A DNA stretch of 64,000 nt. Source: Octopus vulgaris. Taxonomy: Eukaryota. The stretch covers positions 83,948,001 to 84,012,000 of the forward strand of contig OX597819.1 of assembly GCA_951406725.2 (NCBI GenBank). Direction: 5' to 3'. The notes under the pieces are model-generated. The model saw only the letters and a program-made list of their open reading frames with translations. It was not told the origin of the DNA and did not search any database. The translations under genes and the position numbers were made by a program. This document shows positions 50,973 to 62,057 of the stretch, piece after piece; position 1 is the stretch's first letter; the number at the start of each line of letters is the position of its first letter.

Positions 50973-52599
50973 ACATGCTGTAGGTTGGCTGCCGAGTTTC
51001 GGTGGGAATAGCAGGGCTCGTGGGGTCGGCAATCCTGGTGTTCCCACTTCATGTGTTCCCTTTATGTTGTGTTGTTGTGTATCATTCGATTTATCCGATT
51101 TTGTGTAATTTAAAAAAAAAAAAAAAAAGTTCATTTTTCTGTAAATACCATTTGTGTCTCATGACCCCAAATCATGATGTATTGTCCCATTCTTCGTTGG
51201 CCCCTTGTGGGTAATAAAGAAATAAATTCGTTCATGTACACTCAAACGTGAAAATATCTTCGTTGCAGTAGCTGTCTCGGGAAAAAAATCTCTTTATAGA
51301 CAATATATTTGAAGACAAAATCCGGGTTTTTGCATATTGAAAATAGAGAGTCCCGATTTTCAACTTTCAGGTTGAGATCTGTTACATTATTTCTTCGGCA
51401 GGGAGTAGGATACAAGCGAAATCTGTCAGCATCTACCTATTTACGGTATTACATTGGACAAGACAGACCATAGTTCTTTTTCAAAGACGAGCTAGGTAAT
51501 ATAGGAAGAGAGCTAGTCAATGATATTAATGTTAAAACAACAACTACATTTTCGGCAAAGTTCTCAATGACAAACTTGACTTTACAAATCTTATACTGAT
51601 TGTTTTTGAGGTGTGAATATTCTATTAGAAATCATTATTTACAGCTGTCTTAATCACATTTGAGGTGTTAGTTGCGAGTGCAATTGAGCAACGGGTGGCA
51701 GGACTTGAATGTGTTGCCGCTCTTTAGTTTGGAATACACAACTGAAAGCTTATCTCATTTGCTGGAATTAATTCAACTGTAGTATGGATTTTAAAAGTAG
51801 TATTTTCTGTATTCATTCTCATGTAAGAAAAACAACGTACTAACAAAAATTACCAATTAGTAGTGGACGTAGTTAGTATTAATGGATTCATCGATTTCTG
51901 AAGAAAATCATTCTCGTTTTCGAATATCAATTTCACTTGCGTTTGTATATTATACGAGATGTTTTGATCTCTGTGGTAGGAGGTAGCCGTAATTTGTTTA
52001 TTACCGAGATAGTATTTGACTTGTCTGAGAGGAAGGGGAGAAAAAAGGAAGAACAAGTAATTGCCATAAAGAATATGGAGCTTCTATTAATTTCTTTGAA
52101 ATTCCCTTTTTGTTTCGATTTCAAGTGTAATCGGTGGTCAAAACTATATAGTTTATCCTTCCTGAATCAATAAAATAAATATCAGTTTTGTGTAGAGCTG
52201 ATTCAATAAGGCTAAACCTTTCCTCCTACATGCACACAAGTTTTTCCAAGGGAGAATCCTCCGGCTTCTAATGCAGTTTGGTACCTGTATCGTAGCAGGC
52301 GTTGCTGTCAGAACGCAAAGAGCCAGAATAGATACTGCAAGGCAATTCGCCCGACTTTCTGACTGTTCCATCAATCCAATCCACCATCCTGGTTTGGTAC
52401 TTTTTTAATGACACAAAGACAAAGATGACTTCAACTGGATTTTAAGTCAGAGCTCAAAAAGCCGGGACAAATACTGCGTGATATTCTGTTCAACACTCTA
52501 ACGACTTTGCCAATTCACTACCTTAATCCTATCTTTAAAAAAAGTAACAAAAAAGAAAGAAAAATTATTAAATGATGCCATGTTTGTAGTTGGATCCGC

Positions 52600-53060
52600 C
52601 AAATATTTTGATTACATCCATTATTAACGTGAACAAACCATAGCCATCAACAAGCTAAATGCATTGAATGTTAATGGAAGAGAGAATGGTTAACAACTGG
52701 AGGTCTTGAAGTTGGTTCTAGGGGGTATTTTGTGATTTCTTTGGATGATATAATATGTGTAACAACAGTGTTTAAATGCATGGAAACATTATGTTGAACA
52801 ATAGCTGTGAACGATCTTTGGGCGTCACACGAGATAGTCAAACAAATTGGTGTTCAACACATGGCGTTCATTCATTCCCTGAAATTCATTGAAATTCCAT
52901 GTTGAATCGCAGCGGAATTATGCCAAAATAAATAAATAAATAAATAAATGAGATAAATTAGATTGTTACATTTAATCGAGTTTATATGACATAATTGGCC
53001 TTCTTAATAATAGCTTTGAACAATTATTTTAAAATATTATAACTGTTTACAATTTGTATT
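52600..53060 (+). pseudogene. Possible mariner transposase relic
   Basis: Only short peptide patches resembling the mariner HTH (EIVKQIGVQHMAFIHSLKFI). Heavily decayed. Confidence 0.3.
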
Positions 53061-53329
53061 CAATAAATTTCATAAAACTTTCACTTTTTGCACATCAAAT
53101 CACTTTCACTTTTCTGCAAAAGTAAACATTATTACTGGTTTTTTAACCTGGCAAACACCTTATCTGATAAAGTAAATAATTCTAATTTTCACATTTACAG
53201 TAAACGTGATTTTTTTCACATACGTCCATTGCCATATAAATTGTGTTGCCACGGTATACAAGTCTTTTATTGTCAGTTACTAAGCTTAGAATATTTGCCA
53301 AATTGACTTTTAACCTTTTCTTTCTCACT

Positions 53330-55620
53330 CTATACGAAGCTATAACTGACATTTGGAAATATATTTCAACGTATTCCATTCAAAAGAAAGGCAACCCTAC
53401 TAGTTCAGCTAATTATCGTCCTATTTCATTCCACTAAGGTAATGCAGACAGCTATTAATAACATTGTATAACCTGAGTTTTGTCCTTGGGTAGCAACTGT
53501 CATTTCCTATTTGCTTACCCCTAGAAATTATGAAAAATGGCCAATATTCACTTCAAACTTTGCTTTTGTTGCGATATTTATTCAAACTCCAAAGAATGGA
53601 CAACTAGAAGTAAACTGAACTGTCGAGCTTATGATCCCTCTATTCATACTGCTATCTATGCTACCAGAACGTTCTAGAAATTCTTGAAACTTTTAAAAAG
53701 TTCTTGAAATTTCTAGAAAGTTCTAGAAAATTCTGCTTCAGCAACTCAGCGCTGAATCTATCAGAAATGTAATGGAAAATAAGTTAGTTTCAAAACATTG
53801 ATGTCCAGGTCAGAATAGCAAAGTTTGAAGACAATAGTAGTCATTTTCTTTGATTTCTAGATAGAAGAAAATACAAAATAACACTTACTGACCAAACCAT
53901 AAAATAAAAAAAAGTAAATATAAATTTTGTTACACAGTGTTATCGTCCTATTGCATTCACACAAGGTAATGGAAACAGCCATTAATAATTCTTTCTAATT
54001 TTTAGTACAATGCCAGTAATTGGTAGGGGTGGGCATGTTGCTTACATCGACTCCAGAGCTCAACTGGTACTTATTTTATCGACGTCTGAAGATGAAAGGC
54101 AAAGTCAGCCTCAGCGAAAGAAATTCCGTTCAGCATTTTATTCGGCGTGCTAACGATCCTGCCAAGCTTGTCGCCCTAAGACAACCATTTCAAATCATTC
54201 GAGAGAGGGAGTAAGTTGATTACATCGACCCCAGTACTCAACTGGTACTTATTTTATCGACGTCGGAAGTTGAAAGACAAAGTCGGCCTCGGCGGAAGAA
54301 ATTCTGCTAAACATTTTGATCAGTGTGCCAACGATTCTGCCAGCTTCCCGCCCTAAGAAAACCATTAATAACGATGCTCTTGAACATCCTCTCACTCACT
54401 CTCTCTCTTTTCCCCATTGAGAACACCCATACGGCTTCTGTAGGGTCAGATTCACGAGAACATACTCTTATGTCACTCACCAGTAGGTTCTTGCTCTAAA
54501 GAAGTTCAGTGAAAGCAATGTTGTTGCTGCCCTAGTCATCAGTAAATCTTTCTACCGTATCTAATATGCGAATCTACTATCAAAACGTCCTGCCTTGAGT
54601 TCCAATAATTTCTCATGTCTCAGATCGGTAGCCTCCAATTAGATCATAACGTTGCGGCATGTGTTGACAGAGTTGTTTCTATCTGATCTAAATCAGTTCT
54701 GGTGTACTCCAGATTTCGATTTTGTCCCTCACGTCCTTCTTCACATCAATGAACTGTTTGCCGCCACATTCCAATAATGCCCAATCTTCTGCAAATGTAA
54801 TGCTAATCGATCGAAAGGCTCTTTTCTGGATGCGGTCCAGGATATCCATGTGTGTAACAGTGGAACCGTCTCAGTAGTGGGAGTACTCCATTGCAGACCC
54901 CTAACCTTCCCCAATCATGCATCATCTACACGTAACCTAGACTTCACGTGCCATGTTTGCATCAATTCCATGCATCTTCCAGAGAACATCCTTCAGTGGG
55001 GCCATGTGATTCATGGCTTTTTTAAAAGAAACAAAATTCATACCAAGAAAAATATCCCCGCCCCTAAACATGAGTAACCATTCTGTTATAGCATCACAGG
55101 TGCTCCAAACACAGTGCCTCACTATCACTGAGGATCTCAGCAGGCGTGAGCTTAGAAGCGCATCTCAAAAACTGGCTTTTCTCCTCAGGGTCAGAAAATA
55201 TTTCAGTTGTGACACTCTTCAAAGCTCAGTCGAGTCCACAATGGAGCACTGGTCTAATATCTGGGATGGTGCTGCTGCTACTGCTACTACTACGCACATG
55301 GGCATCCTGGACAGCATCCAGAGAATGGCCACTCGATTGAATGACATTAAATCACTGGTCCACAGACATACTATCCACTGTCTTTGTTTCTTCTATCCCT
55401 ACCTTAATGGTCTCTGTCCCTCCGAAATAGCTGGTCTCATACCTCCCATCACTCAGGTACCCCTGACTTACTCGGCGGTGCACTCTTGTTGAGACCAACC
55501 CTTCCGATTCTGCATTAACAAGTATCCTTCTCTGAACATCGATCTTCTGGAAGCTTCTCCCTGTTCATGTCTTTCCTACAGATGTTGAACTGCAACAGTT
55601 TATTTAAACGTAACGTTAAT
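53330..55620 (+). pseudogene. Decayed CR1/Jockey-like LINE RT relic with nested insertions
   Basis: Peptide patches QKKGNPTSSANYRPIS, YGF, ALVISKSFYR (ALDISKAFDR-like), SGVLQ.SIL, HINEL, SASQKLAFLLRVRKYF, MEHWSNIWDGA, LDSIQRMATRL. Interrupted by SINEs at ~53990-54355. Confidence 0.7.
53990..54355 (-). mobile_element. Two tandem Nin-domain-type SINE copies
   Basis: Duplicated CTCAACTGGTACTTATTTTATCGACGTC...GAAAG.CAAAGTC.GCCTC.GCG units. Confidence 0.8.
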
Positions 55621-56311
55621 ATCACACTGATCGGTCTTGGAGAGCATGCAAAGACAGGGGCGCTGCCCCGACCGCCAGACTCAGCAAGTAAAATAAATAA
55701 ATAAATAAATATTGTGATGCTTTCCTGGTTCACTATCTGCTTAAGCCGTTTGAAGACTGAAAACTGTAATAATTGTTTCTACTACAGGCACAAAGCCAGA
55801 AATTTGAGGGCAAAGATTTAGTTGATCACATTGATCTAGTATATGACTGGTACTTTGCTTTATTGACCACGGAAGGATGAAAGCAAAATTCCCCTCAGTG
55901 GTATAATAGACAAAGGTCTAAAAAAAATGTAGATGATTTTTTATTTGTTTTCGTTTTCCATGGTCAAACACGCCTATATGGTACATGTGTGTGTTCGCTT
56001 AGCTAGGGCGTAGATATTAAAATCTTCATTTTGATATTACACCAAACTCCCTACCAAGAAAGTTTACAGTATAGTGTATGGATGGAAATGTTTCGAATAG
56101 ATTATTTTGATAGGTATTAACCTCTGTGTTCCATGAAACAGAAATAGACACCGAAATTTTGGAAGTTACTCTGACGAAGAAAAAGACATGTAAGGTATAC
56201 ATAGTTGATAATGCAGCGATCATTTGTTTATAACAGCATTTTCTCCGGCGACAATCGACTGGTACAACCCCCCCCCCCCCAAAGAAAGCCCCGAATACGC
56301 GTAAGCTTGGA

Positions 56312-56360
56312 ATTAGGGTTTAGAGTTAGCGTTTAGGGTTAGAATTAAGGTTTAGGGTTA
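56312..56360 (+). repeat. Short degenerate telomere-like (TTAGGG/TTTAGGG) array
   Basis: TTAGGGTTTAGAGTTAGCGTTTAGGGTTAGAATTAAGGTTTAGGGTTA. Confidence 0.6.
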
Positions 56361-56887
56361 AATTCTAAAAACGAATGTTCAGTATATAGGTACAGATAAC
56401 TTTAAGCAGATAAGAGCTTGGCTTGTTACTCTGGAAGCAGGACCATTCAATGTGCCTGTGGCTTACGGTTGGCTAAAATTACCCAAAATTTCCAAATTTT
56501 AAAAAGCTTTTAACTTTTTATTTATCAATTTATGGCAAAAAAAATTAATTTCATTTCTATAATTAGCATATAAAACTACAACGATACACTAAATTTGAAA
56601 TGAATTAGAACAAAATTAAATTAATTGAAAAGTGAAAGATAAACAGAAAAGATCCCTATTCAGTGTTATTGAAACAGCATGTGTACTACAATTGTGTTGT
56701 CATGACTGGCGGTTAGCGCTTGGTACATGTTGTTGAACAATACCGGATTCATAGTGTGAGAAGTAGACTAGGCGAAAGAAGTGCAGAGTTGAACTAACAC
56801 AAGAAAAATGAGATAGTTAAGTGCAGAGGGAAAGTGAAAGAGGAAGAGAAAGATTATTAATCATATGACAGAAAAAGACCTCATTTG

Positions 56888-56891
<4 letters not shown>

Positions 56892-56946
<55 letters not shown>
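56892..56946. repeat. (GA)n microsatellite
   Basis: Directly visible. Confidence 0.95.
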
Positions 56947-56949
<3 letters not shown>

Positions 56950-57204
56950 AGAGAAAGAGACCGGTGTCAGTTAAATAATATATATGCTAGCATACCCGTG
57001 ACGTCAAAAATGCCGACTGCTTTATTAATGATAGAAGATGGCATTATCAAAAGAATGAAAGAAACCATTGATAAAGGTTAGCAATCGAGTAAATATATGC
57101 ATATACACAGAATTGAAGCACTCGAAGAATCAGATGCGGTTGTAACGTCTCGGTCGAAAATATATGTCAAAAAATGTGTGTATATACACATTAAGTGGAC
57201 GATA

Positions 57205-57254
<50 letters not shown>

Positions 57255-57256
<2 letters not shown>

Positions 57257-57766
57257 GTAAATCCTCGAGTATAATCCGCATTTTCCCCCCAAAATGTAAA
57301 GGCCAAAATCCCTAATGCGTACTATATACGAAGTTAAAAATGAAAAATATTTTCTAAGCAATGTCCGAGTCTCTATTTGCTGCCCGGCATTGTTTATTCA
57401 GATGCATTTTGTGATGTCGGGGGCGAAAATACCTTAAGCTAAGCCTGAAAGCAATGAAGTCATAAAAAAATCATCCATAACTTGCAGTAAGCAACATTTA
57501 TTAAACGTTATTGCTATTATTTCTTTATTTTCTGCAAACAAAATGCACAAAAAAGCTACACGTTTGCATTATGTTATATATACAATAATAATAAAGGACG
57601 TTACCGTGTACATTTTTACAAACCAAGGACGTTATATAGACCTCCTTGACTCAAGTTAGAGAAGGGGTGCGTATTATACACAAGGTTTAGCGTTTTCAGC
57701 GGTACAGGCCCCTAAAAATCTCCAGCGTATTATACTCAAGGGCGGACTATACTCGAGGAATTACGG
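57255..57766. mobile_element. Tc1/mariner (pogo-like) MITE in (TA)n
   Basis: TA|CCGTAAATCCTCGAGTATAATCCGC ... GCGGACTATACTCGAGGAATTACGG|TA; internal GCGTATTATAC subterminal repeats. Confidence 0.88.
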
Positions 57767-57810
<44 letters not shown>

Positions 57811-57828
57811 CATATATATATTTATATA

Positions 57829-59075
57829 TATGAAGAGGTGCTGGCTGAGTGCTCTAGGGACAAATCACCGGGGCTGGATGGTCTGCCCTACGAATTTTAT
57901 TGTAGCATGCCGGACTCGTTCGGACACTTGCTGGCGCATGTCGCGGAGAGACTTGTTGGGAGGGCGCAGACATGCGCCATCCCAGGTAGGTCAATCCAGG
58001 ACAATCTCCATCTCCTACGTTACACCTTAGAGAGGGTGGGTAAGTTATCCGGTAAAGTTAGGGCTCTGGTCCATTTAATCCAGAGTAAAGCTTTTGATAG
58101 GGTAGACCACCAGTACCTGGCGGCTGGGCTAGTCTCGGACTTCCGTGGTTGGATCAACGCCATTTATGGCGGCATCAAATTCACAGTCCAGATAATCAGT
58201 TACCTATCGGTGCCGTTTAGGATCGAGCACTCGGTTCATCAGGGGTGCCCTCTGTCTCTGCTTTTGTATGTACTGGCTCTTGAGCCATTGCTGTGGAGGT
58301 TGGAGAGTTTGGGGAGCATCCCCAATGAATTGGGATGGGGTAAGTCTGTTTCTGCATATGCGGATGACATCACCGTGTCCGATGAAGCTCAGCTACTTTA
58401 TGTAGAAGATGCGACCAAAGGATACGAGACGGTGGCAGGGGCAAAAATTAACAAGGCCAAGTCCATTGGCTTGCGGCTCGGCACCTGGAGTGGCAATACG
58501 ATAATGTCCAGTGTCATAGGGCACTGGACGGAAGGTCCTGTTAAGTTGCTTGGAGTTTAGTTTGGACCGGATTCCCAGACGGAGAACTGGAGTGAAGTGG
58601 CAGATAGGGTAGATGCCCTCATCTGGACCTGGTCTGGAAGGGCGCTATCCCTGAACGGGAGGGCGGAGGTGGTGCAGGTGTATATTGCATCTGTTATCAC
58701 TTACCGTCTGACCGTTTTCCCTTGCTCTGATTTGTGGCTAAACAAGTTGGGACGCCTTCTCTTGCGCTTTTTGTGGAGGGAGAGAAAACCGCTTGTGAGG
58801 CGCTCTGTTTGCTGACAAGAACCGCTAAAGAGTGGCTTAGGGATACCTTGGCTGATGATGTGCATACATGCGCTGAGGCTAAGGCACCTCTGACTTTATC
58901 TGGAGGGTGCCAGGTGTGGAATTCGCTGACGAAGAAATTCTTTCTGAGATTGGCCTCCTTGGAGGAACTCAAACCCAACTTCATTAAAAGACGCAACCCG
59001 ACTGAATGGCAAAAGGAGTGCCAACAGGCACTCGTGCTAATCCATAAGGCGAGCAAAGCCGGCAGCGGGAATATA
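57829..59075 (+). pseudogene. Decayed fragment of a related Tx1 ORF2 (RT region)
   Basis: Track ORFs 57838-58560 and 58597-58815 match ORF2 (PGLDGLPYEFY, AQTCAIPGRSIQDNLHL, QSKAFDRV, QGCPLS, YADD, WTEGPVKLLG, RAEV..V..ASVITYRLTV). It has stops, an internal deletion and truncation at both ends. Confidence 0.92.
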
Positions 59076-59384
59076 CATACATACATACAAAGTATGGGGA
59101 TCTAGTTCACAAGTGATCTAAACGATTAGGTACGCTACGTAAGTGCTGTAACGGATTTCTAGGTCTCCAAGGTTATAGCTGAGACGGTAGTTATGGAGCC
59201 ATCGGAAATCTGCAAGGGCTCCATAACAATTTTATATATATATATATATATATGAAAATTCCCAAGTCGATTCTGGTATGAATTGAACTCACAAAAATGA
59301 GACAGTGAACTCTTAGTCCACCATGAAGCAGTAAGTCTTCCAAGCGAAATCTATTTTCCGCATAACAAAAGTCAGGACAATAGA

Positions 59385-60122
59385 CGGCATACCTACACAA
59401 GTGTACCCCAGCTCCAACTTTGTTTCCTCGTAGCTTTCAGAAAAATGGATATTTTTAACGTAATTTTCTACAAATACACTTCGAATGATGTAGATTATAT
59501 CGGAATTCGTTGTGAACAATGTTTTATCCAAAGATGGGGAGAGGAGTTTTGGAAAATTCACACGAACCGGCTTTGGTTACTGGTAACTTTTTTTTTTTTA
59601 AAAAAGGGGTATTTTTTAATGAAATTTTCTACAAGTAGCTTTCAGAATGTGTAGATTACTATTATATCAGAATTTAATGCGAAAAAAAAAAAATTATTGG
59701 ACGCACATACCTCACATATATCTTACAAAATGAAACTTGAAATTTCGCATGTGATGAGTGTTAGTATGTGTGCGTGGCCACTAGTTTTATTCTTTCTTTC
59801 TTTTTCTTTTTTCATTTTAACTTCCGTAATCTGCACCATTTGATAGGTGTCATCGTAACCTACACCATCTGAAAGGTATTTATGGAAAATTTTACTAAAG
59901 AAAGCCTATTTTTCTGAAAGTTATGCGGAAGCAAAACCATCTCATGTGAATTTTCCCAAACTCTTTACCCTATTCTCGAAAAAAGTTATTCACAACGAAT
60001 TCCGATATAATCAGAATGTATACCATGTGACGCGTATTTCTAGAAAATTTCATTAAACATTTTTTTTATGAAAGTTATAAAGCAACAAAATCGGAGGAGG
60101 GCACGCTTATGTAGGTAGGCCG
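59385..60122. repeat. Decayed long inverted repeat (~250-bp arms)
   Basis: GATTATATCGGAATTCGTTGTGAA (59493) vs TTCACAACGAATTCCGATATAATC (59989); GGAAAATTCACA vs TGTGAATTTTCC; CCTACACAAGTGTACCC vs GGGCACGCTTATGTAGG. Confidence 0.7.
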
Positions 60123-60152
60123 TTTCGACAATAGTTGTAATAAATAATTTTC

Positions 60153-60439
60153 GGTACTACTTATGAAGAGTGGTCCCGGTGCGCGCACTCGCGTATTCGC
60201 GTTAGCTAGTCGTGACTAGTCGATCCTACAACGAGTACCTAGCAAAGTAAATAAAACACAAAATAAATAATTTTTTTTACACAAAGTAATTAATTTTTTT
60301 AAACAAAGTAAATAAAACAAAAACAAAGTAAATAATTTTTTAAAACAAAGTAAATAAAACACAAAAACACAAAGGACCGACTAGTCACGACTAGCTAGCG
60401 CGGATGCGCGCACCGGGACCACTCTTCTTAAGTAGTACC
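60153..60439. mobile_element. Merlin-type MITE
   Basis: GGTACTACTTA.GAAGAGTGGTCCCGGTGCGCGCA... ~70-bp TIRs, perfect 8-bp TSD TAATTTTC at 60145-60152 and 60440-60447, and an internal CAAAGTAAATAAAAC tandem repeat. Confidence 0.88.
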
Positions 60440-61635
60440 TAATTTTCTTCAAGATTACTTGCCTTCAAAACATAGAAAAAAAAAAAAAAGATTTCAGAGA
60501 GACTTTGCACACATAATTTTTGCCTTAATATTTTGTGTGCAACTGAAACTAATGATTATTGCTGAAAGAAATATCGTGTATATCAAAATGTCATATTTAA
60601 CAACTTGCATCTTTAAACGTTAAGGGTTAACAACAATTTCTATATTTTTTAGAATTTTTGATAATCTGTTGGGTAAAACCCTAGCCCCTAACTATAAACA
60701 TCAAGTGTCCGTATTTTTTTATCTTCGCCCAATTTTACTTAAGTTGCACCACTAATGCTCAAACATCACAATCTTATTTGCCTTTCTATAAATTTTAGGA
60801 CATGCTCACAATAAAAGTAATCAATATTACTGAAAGTTGGCAGAATCAGTAGAGTGTCTAACTAGATGCCGCATAGTATTTTGTCACAGTTCTGAATTCG
60901 ACACAACATATAACGTTTAATTTCATCCTGAGATGGTAGAACAACAAATATGTCATAGAATTTAGTTTTATCCGGATTAAATATATATTAGTAGCGGTAT
61001 ACAACTATCCAAATGATAATCAAATAGCTTTGTTGGTGAAAGTATATTTAATTATTAAAACATTAAAACATTTGCCTTTTGTCGTATTGGGTCGATAAAA
61101 TAAGCACCAGTAATATATTAGGATCCAGTTAAACGACTGTTCCATTTTTTTCTCAACAAACTTGTGGCTTTGTGCCAACTTCATAATCAGTATTACTAAA
61201 AGTAATCCTATAGTATATTTGCCATCCAAATCAATTCACCATATTTCAAGCCATCGACATATTCGCCAGTAAAGCTGATAGCAAACTATTGTTTTTAGAG
61301 ACAACAGGATGTAAAACCAAATACAGAAAGTATGACAATAATCACATTCATGTGTTTTCCAAAATACCCAATGGTAAAAAAAAAATCTAGTTTCTATTTT
61401 AGTTGCACATCCGGCTTTACAACAAACCACTATAGAGATCTGTTTTCTTTTGTTTTATGAAGAGTACATGGGGATATCTTCCTGACTAGCATGTTCAATA
61501 AGTTAAATGTATGGCATTGTAAATAATACGGAAATATGTCGGCTCAACTTCAGCGCGCGCGCGCACGCACACACACACACACCACATCACACATATATAT
61601 ATACATAGACATATCTCAGTTTGGGCCAGTAATTA

Positions 61636-62057
61636 GGGATCTTTTCGGTTTGGACGGCAGTTTTTTCTAGCGGTGTCATATGAAATTGTCACCCATAATT
61701 ATGACCCTAGTATCGATCTATTGCATTTCAATCTATTTTAGGGTTATGTTTAGAGGTGTGAGGAAGGGTATCTTTTTTTCTTCACAAATGTAAATAAACC
61801 CAATCTGTTTCTTAAACGAGGGACATATTCATATGGCACAGAATGTTTTTTTTTACCTCAATGGACGTCAGTGATTGGTTGAAATTGCAGAAATTGAAGA
61901 AAACCAATAACAAATATCTTACAAACAATAGAATTTTCTCAATAAAGCCAAGAGAAAAAGATGTTTTATAAACACATTCTACCAGTATACGAAGTTTAAA
62001 ATTTTTTAGTTACCTAGAAATTATGTTAAAAACTGCCGTTCAAACCGAAAAGATCCC
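61636..62057. mobile_element. MITE with ~30-bp TIRs (GGG termini, possibly PIF/Harbinger)
   Basis: GGGATCTTTTCGGTTTGGACGGCAGTTTTT ... AAAAACTGCCGTTCAAACCGAAAAGATCCC; no clear TSD. Confidence 0.8.

Larger units (their letters stand above)
46058..51224 (+). mobile_element. Full-length Tx1-clade (L1 group) non-LTR retrotransposon
   Basis: Two long tandem ORFs separated by 7 nt. Flanked by a perfect 17-bp direct repeat AATTCGTTCATGTACAC at 46041-46057 and 51225-51241 (TSD). The 3' end reads ...GGCCCCTTGTGGGTAATAAAGAAATA. GC content is much higher than the flanks. Confidence 0.95.

Noticed and set aside
56312-56360. Telomere-like array as a chromosome-end or fusion signature
   Set aside because: Very short and degenerate, and similar motifs occur inside MITEs at ~39597 and ~61738.
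60240-60375. Short tandem repeats with variable spacing (CRISPR-like at a glance)
   Set aside because: Internal A-rich repeats of a Merlin-type MITE in eukaryotic DNA; no unique spacers or cas genes.
61236-61500. Minus-strand VVCCKAG...ETRF resembling a piggyBac cysteine-rich domain
   Set aside because: Only a short patch, with no supporting DDD domain or matched TIRs.
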